Shown here in pieces: positions 14,391 through 20,000 of a stretch of DNA of 20,000 bases. Position numbers and translations under genes: made by a program. The notes beneath the pieces are model-generated. The model was not told the DNA's origin. It saw only the letters and a list, made by a program, of their open reading frames with translations, and ran no database searches. Each line of letters begins with the position of its first letter. Positions within the stretch are counted from its first letter, which is position 1. The DNA comes from Eremomyces bilateralis CBS 781.70 (Eukaryota). The stretch lies in NCBI GenBank assembly GCA_010015585.1, contig ML975153.1; one strand, 5' to 3'.

Positions 14391-15268
14391 ATGAAAGCGA
14401 GAATCATTCTTCTGGGCCTGCGTTTTGCAGCCTCAACTCTAGGAGCCTCGGCTCCCAAGGACGCTCCGGAAATCCTTCTTGCAGGACCACGACCTCCAGA
14501 GACCCCAAATCTTACTCCTCCGACAGGTGCTTCTTCGTTTTCGAAGCCGTACTGCATCTCCCAACCGCCCCAAGGTAGCTGCTATACCGCCAAAGTCTGC
14601 AACCAAGGGCCCGTAGATCTTAAACCGTGCGATAAATACACCGTCACTTATGACAAGCATGGAAATCCTCTGGAGGAGGAATTTACAATGAGTCCGAACC
14701 GTCCAAGATGTGGGAAACAAGCGAATGGTATCACCTGCGACCCGTAAGTTTGGCACTGCGTCTGATATTGAGAGGTTCTAACGCAGAAAGCCATAATGGA
14801 TGGGTAGTTGTTGTTCAGAGGATGGGTATTGTGGGAGCGACGAGTATATCTGCAGTATCAAGAAGAAATGTCCTGCTTGTCCCACTGAAGGTGGTTGTCA
14901 GTCAGGGGGTAACTACAATTTCACGCATCACCAGCTTTTTAGAGGCATAAATCAGATATCTAACTGTGAACCAGACTACTACCCACGGCCTCCGGAGACT
15001 TCTGAAAATAAATGCGGCCCACAGTTCGGTGGAAAGCTGTGTGATGTCCGTTTCAATACAGGACCATGCTGCTCAAAGGAAGGGTAAACCCGACCACCCC
15101 TTGAGGCAGAATTCCGCTGACCAGTGAATAGTGAATGCGGCTAAACGGCAATAGATATTGTGGGTCTTCTTCACAGCATTGCGGTACAGGGTGTCAGAAC
15201 GGGTTAGTCAACTCGCAAGACACAGAAGACGACAGATATTGATTTGCACAAGACTTTGTACCGCCTAG
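14391..15268 (+). pseudogene. secreted cysteine-rich protein with two hevein/CBM18 chitin-binding domains, in-frame stop
   Basis: Exons 14391-14743, 14787-15083, 15155-15202 and 15253-15268 (about 237 codons). Signal-peptide-like N-terminus MKARIILLGL..., then CG...C...CCSEDGYCGSDEYIC and CGPQFGGKLC...CCSKEGYCGSSSQHCGTGCQNGLC. TAA at 14794-96 is in frame under this splice model. Confidence 0.75.
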
Positions 15269-16869
15269 GAGGAATGCTGAGGGTTGTCCAGCATGAGCGG
15301 ATCTGCGGGAGCCTGCATATTAGATGATAGATCCATTGAGAAGCGCGGACGCGGACGGACCACACTTTCAGAATACCGAATCTCTGATTCCAAATTCAGG
15401 AACCGGTTTGGGCAGATTCCTGGAACAATGGTTGGCATCATGTTCTAGTTCGAGACCAAGACCGATGCCAGGGGCATTAACGAGGAAGCACATGGTGCGG
15501 GAAGTCGCTAGGCGACAGGATTGCTCAATGACATGACGTCAATCTAGGGGACCATTAATATGCAAGAAAGTCGTCATTGCTACTGCCATCCCCCCCGGTC
15601 CATCCATCAGAATTCTGGAAGCGATGCCACGACTTGGGTTTTGCCCAAACCACAGGAACATTCTGCCTCATTTCAAATCGATTATCAGACTGGTCCACGG
15701 TTTTAGGAGAGAAGCAAGTCCATTTCTGAGCATGTTTGTCAATTTTGCAGGTGCTCCATGACTTCTCGAACCTATTCAAATTCCTCCCGGAGTCAAAGCA
15801 CACGGCTCCGACGATAGCTTCATCTTTCGCGGTCGAGGCTATGAGGACTGCTTCGAGAATTTCTCAGCAGCACAATTGCTTGTGCATCGTGCTAAACTTT
15901 TGACTGGTTACAGAATCATATCAGCTTTTATTCCGAAGTGCGCGGACCGGTTGACGCTTACATGTGTCGACACAGCTGGCATCTCCGCTCCCGTTGCGGA
16001 CACAATTAACGTACTCTCGTTTCGTCGAAGCACACTGTTCCGAATTGGCGCAGTTTTTTAAACCGTCAGTGCTGTTGTCGGGACTTGGGGCGCAAGGTGC
16101 TCGTACCATATTCAAGACGACTTTTCAAACCCAGAGGATCCGACACTCCACCATCTGCGCCAGGAACTGCACCGCCCCTGTTCTCACTTGCGTTTCGATT
16201 CCCTCTAGGGCTACGGATCGCATCCTTCTGAGGTTTGGCATCCTTTCTGTTGACGCTTTTTTCCTCGTCGCTTTCCTGGGGCGAATGCGCGGGCGTACTC
16301 GTCGAGGCTCCTCCACGGAGTCCTATGCGTCTTGGATCGTTGGGCAGCATTTCGTTGTTTAGGCTCTAAACAGGCGTGCAGCAGTATGGAAGAGAGATGA
16401 TTGTAACGCGAAGGATCGGGTGGTTTCTTATGGACCATTGGAACGGAGAGGCTCGGGTAGTTAAGGCTTTCAGAGTTTGCATTATATGACATCTTAATGA
16501 TATATCCCTGATTTCCGGGTTTTTCGGCATCTATCATGAATAGAAAGGGAAGAAGTTTGATCATGTGCTACTGAGCGAACGAAATTGGCGTTGACATCCA
16601 GCTTTCATGCGGTCCCTGGAAATATACCAATGGTTTTACATGGAATACTGAATGAGATTTGAATTTGTTCGCATGATGTTTTATGGTAACGGCGCGCAAA
16701 TTCTGCCTGAACAGAAACGAGAGCGCCGACGATGCATGACGTCACAGATAGACAATCTGCTGACAGAGAGGCAAAGTCACTTCAGAGTTCAGAAGCACGA
16801 AGGTCTACCAAACCATTCCAATTCAGTCTATAGAAGGATTACTGCGGACTTCGTGTTCCTGTACTAAGG

Positions 16870-18171
16870 CAACTAAGCCAAAAGTCTGCGCACAGACCCC
16901 ATTCTCACCTGAATATCTCTACACCCACCCCTTACTTTGACAATCAATAACTTTACCAAAATGAGGTCTTTTGGCACAAAAATAAGTGGTAATCGAGGGC
17001 CTAATAAGGAGTTATCGGCCGCTTAAAGAGTTGGATTGTTCAGGCTGCTGAAGATGGGAAACCAAAGACTGAAATCGCGCGGAACTTTCGCGTCTCTAGA
17101 AGCGCGGTGCATGGGACTCTAGAGAGGTGGGAAGAACATCAAACCACTGTATCTTTACCCCGTGAAGGGTGTCCCCATAAGCTATCACGCCCTGACGAAC
17201 GGCATATCGTTCAAATCGCGCGTCGATTTCCTAAAATGGAGTATGGAGAGCTCCTCGCAGGTATTTTGTACCTCCGCATTTCTAGGAAGACTATCTACCG
17301 AACCCTTAAGAAATATCACCTTACGAAATGGCGAGCGAAGAAGAGGCCTTACCTGAAGCCCCACCACGCAAAAGACCGCCTCCAATTTGCCCACGAATTC
17401 CTTGAATTCGACTTCTCCCCGACCCACTCCATGGACGAGTGCTCGTATGAGAAGGGGGCGGGCGGTAAGCAGGTATGGGTATGGCGACTGTACCACGAGG
17501 CATATGATCCGCAAATGGTAGAGCCTAAGACCTCTGGCAAGGCCATTTCACAGATGATATGGGGCTCAATCTCGCGTGATGGGAGGTCAGGCCTGGTGAT
17601 CATGGACCGCGACGAAACCTCCGCAAGACAGGGCTATTCCGCGAAATCCTACATCGCTACGTTAGAGGAGGGACTTCTCCCTACGTACGAACCCGGGGAT
17701 ATTGTTATCCAGGATAACGCAAGGATCCATACGGCTAAAATCACCCAAGAATGGCTGGAGACGCACGGCATTTGGGTCATCGATTGGCCGGCCAATTCCC
17801 CAGACATCAACCCCATCGAGCATATATGGCATCTGTTGAAATCAAAGGTCCTAGAGCTGCACCCCGAATTGAAGACGATGGGCGCCTCGGAGGAGGCACG
17901 GGAGGCCATGAATGCGGCGTTAAAGGAGGCGTGGTGGGCGATCCCTCAGGAGACGACCCGAGAGCTGATCGACTCAATTCCGCGACGTCTACGGGCGGTA
18001 ATCAAGGGAAAAGGGTGGCATATGAAATATTAGATATTTCCCAATTAAGAAATCAAAAAAGTAGACTGAATTTGCATTTGTATGTGTTTTGCAGCGTATC
18101 TCAAGATACGGTGTATAGCGATTAGATTTGGTGATTTTCGGGGGTGTGTGCAGACATTTGTCTACTTAGTG
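16870..18171 (+). mobile_element. Tc1/mariner (Impala-like, DD34E) DNA transposon, about 1.3 kb
   Basis: The transposase is flanked by degenerate TIRs. Left about 16870-16900 is CAACTAAGCCAAAAGTCTGCGCACAGACCCC. Right 18140-18171, reverse-complemented, is CACTAAGTAGACAAATGTCTGCACACACCCCC, and TA follows at 18172-73. The left end is ragged, with ACTAAG duplicated. Confidence 0.85.
16961..18033 (+). pseudogene. Tc1-family transposase (DD34E), 1-nt frameshift near the 5' end
   Basis: ATG 16961 reads MRSFGTKISGNRGPNKELSA. One missing base near 17021-23 joins it to LKSWIVQAAEDGKPKTEIARNFRVSRSAV (HTH) and the 17107-18033 ORF. Catalytic motifs are MDE, QDNARIH and WPANSPDINPIE, with 34 residues between the second D and E. 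Confidence 0.9.
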
Positions 18172-18375
18172 TATCTTGAGCCATGATTTCGCCGTGTTTT
18201 GGGAGAGCTTGGCCTCTTCGCAAACATCTTTGAACGTTTTGCCTTTCGGTCAGTCGTCGTACGCTTGAAAAAACCGGGGTTTTTTGACTGTATCGTACTC
18301 CCGGCGCTTTATTTGCCTATCAGGAGTATGAGGGCGTTCCATACTGATAGGAAATAGTGGTGTTGGGCCGGCCCC

Positions 18376-18453
18376 CGGTTGACAAAAAAAGCGAGACTCA
18401 CAACAGGAACCCCGATTCCCACCAAAATCCTTAACTTTGGAGGCTTATATCTC
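18376..18453 (+). repeat. left TIR of MITE-like element
   Basis: CGGTTGACAAAAAAAGCGAGACTCACAACAGGAACCCC..., an inverted copy of 18736-18813. Confidence 0.9.
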
Positions 18454-18735
18454 TACGAAGAGTAAATAATATTTTATAAAATTAAATCACATCATTTAAA
18501 CTAACCCAAAAAGCTATTTTATAAAGATTTTAAATTTAAATAAACGTTATCTGTTAGTTATTTCTTGCCTACCTTTTAGCTTCAAGAAATTGATGTAGAA
18601 ACAGCCTACCTTAGGCGGCGCAAGACAATATCTCAGGACCTATATACAATTAAGATTCTAGAAAAGTAGAATATTATTAACTCGATACTCTGAACTTGTA
18701 TTTTAGCTTAAAGTAATTTAAAATAATTATTGGTT

Positions 18736-18813
18736 GAGTTATGAGCCTCCAAAGTCGAGGATTTTGGTGGGAATAGGGGTTCCTGTTGTGAGTCTCGCTT
18801 TTTTTGTCAACCG
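18736..18813 (-). repeat. right TIR of MITE-like element
   Basis: ...GGGGTTCCTGTTGTGAGTCTCGCTTTTTTTGTCAACCG, an inverted copy of 18376-18453. Confidence 0.9.
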
Positions 18814-19170
18814 CGTGGCCGGTTTGGTGGTTCTAGAGGTTTGGTATGGTATCCGACCGGGGCCAGGTTTTGGGTGGTTGGTGGGTGGGGTTGGGGTATT
18901 CAATTTCGTCCACCCCGGAGGCGGGTACGGAGGACAGTATCATGGCCTCCCGAAATGAGAACGTTGTGCTTATCAAATGATAGCGGTGACGTATATCTAG
19001 CAGCAATTGACCTGGTTTCATCGTCATTATGTTGTCATGGTTTGGACGACGATACATCATCGCGGCTCGCACAAGACATAAAAGAGCGGCTATGCCGAGG
19101 AGAGTACTGTTTCTTAACCCCAAAATACGTATTTGCGAACCTCTGTTAAACCAGACCAAAGCACGACACG

Positions 19171-19507
19171 ATGACTAGCAACCGGAATCCAGGAAATTTC
19201 GCCAATAGGTGGGTATTTTTATCGAATCGTTAACTGACTTCCACTAATGTTTTCACAGGCCTCAGGAGGAGGTTCAGGACATTGCCTCTGCAGGTGGCCA
19301 GGCAAGCCACTCTGGCGGATTCGCAAGCATGGATCCCGACAAGCAGGTTGGTGTTCTCCGTCTATGATCTATAGCAGGGTCAGTAGATGCTAAACACAAT
19401 TCCTCTAGCGCGACATTGCCTCCAAGGGCGGTCAAGCATCCTCCGGATCGTTTGAGAAGGGCAGTGAGAGAGCTAAAGAGGCTGGCGCCAAGGGAGGTTC
19501 CAAGTAA
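19171..19507 (+). CDS. con-10: conidiation-specific protein 10-like (KGG-repeat stress protein), 74 aa, 3 exons
   Basis: Exons 19171-19208, 19259-19346 and 19409-19507 give MTSNRNPGNFANRPQEEVQDIASAGGQASHSGGFASMDPDKQRDIASKGGQASSGSFEKGSERAKEAGAKGGSK*. NPGNFANRP, FASMDPDKQRDIASKGG and the KGG repeats are typical of CON-10. Confidence 0.92.
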
Positions 19508-20000
19508 ATAATTAGGCGACGAATCGCGATACCTTCAAAACAAAAGGGAAAAAGATACGTGACCGGTTATACAGTTAAACTTTGAAACACTTGAGACGGC
19601 TATAACTTAAAATCAACACCGTAATCGTTGAACCTAGCAACAGGCTTGGACGTTGTCACCGGTGTTGCAGGTAGATGGTCGATTCATTATGGTATAATCT
19701 TGCACTCGCAGTGTCCTGTGAGAAAACTCCGAGCATGCCCAGTAGATTTTCCTCGCTTTCGAAGGGTCCAGCCAGTTCCTTATTCATTGACTAGTACTGT
19801 GTGGGGTCAGAGTAATCCGGTCAAACCCCTGTTTTTTGTTGGATATCAACCATCCTCTAGTTACCTCAGCAAGCTCAGGCCATTGTGGTAGTGCCTGAGG
19901 CAACAAACCGCGCTATACCTAATTGGTATGGTCCTCGACCAAATAGCCTGAGGATCCTGTCATTGATTTTCGGCCTGAGTCGAGATCGTTTGTATGAGAG

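Larger units (their letters stand above)
18376..18813. mobile_element. MITE-like non-autonomous element with 78-bp terminal inverted repeats
   Basis: 18376-18453 and the reverse complement of 18736-18813 match at 73/78 positions, and the outer 38 bp are identical. They enclose about 280 bp of very AT-rich non-coding DNA. No clear target-site duplication. Confidence 0.85.
10600..20000 (+). mobile_element. putative Starship giant transposon (left part; both boundaries unresolved)
   Basis: A DUF3435 captain is the first gene after the conserved host block, followed by accessory cargo-like content and nested TEs. The left limit lies somewhere between the RSP5 promoter and 11622. No convincing right end was seen, so both coordinates are approximate. 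Confidence 0.55.

Noticed and set aside
11272..18881. 16/19 inverted similarity between 11272-90 and 18863-81
   Set aside because: Low-complexity C/A-rich versus G/T-rich sequence with no flanking direct repeat.
18872..18896. G-rich tract with G-quadruplex potential upstream of con-10
   Set aside because: A common low-complexity feature with no further support.
10618..19511. 12-bp inverted match TTATTTACTTGG (10618-29) / CCAAGTAAATAA (19500-11) as possible element TIRs
   Set aside because: Short, AT-rich, does not extend in either direction, and the right copy overlaps the con-10 stop codon. Chance is a sufficient explanation.

Overview
Genomic window from a filamentous ascomycete fungus (GT-AG introns with CTAAC-type branch sites). 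The left half (1-~10,200) is an intact housekeeping block: COQ2 (+), an EamA/DMT-family transporter (-, with a 4-nt microexon), mitochondrial monothiol glutaredoxin GRX5 (+) and the HECT E3 ligase RSP5/HulA (-). The right half is accessory and mobile. It begins with a 5-exon DUF3435 tyrosine recombinase (11622-13946), the 'captain' gene of Starship giant transposons, here broken by one nonsense codon and three 1-nt frameshifts. Downstream lie a secreted protein with two hevein (CBM18) chitin-binding domains and an in-frame stop (putative cargo), a Tc1/Impala-like DD34E transposon with a frameshifted transposase, a ~440-bp MITE-like element with 78-bp TIRs, and an intact three-exon con-10-like gene that the ORF track misses. 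The best reading is the left end of a decaying Starship inserted upstream of RSP5. Its exact boundaries cannot be fixed from this window alone.
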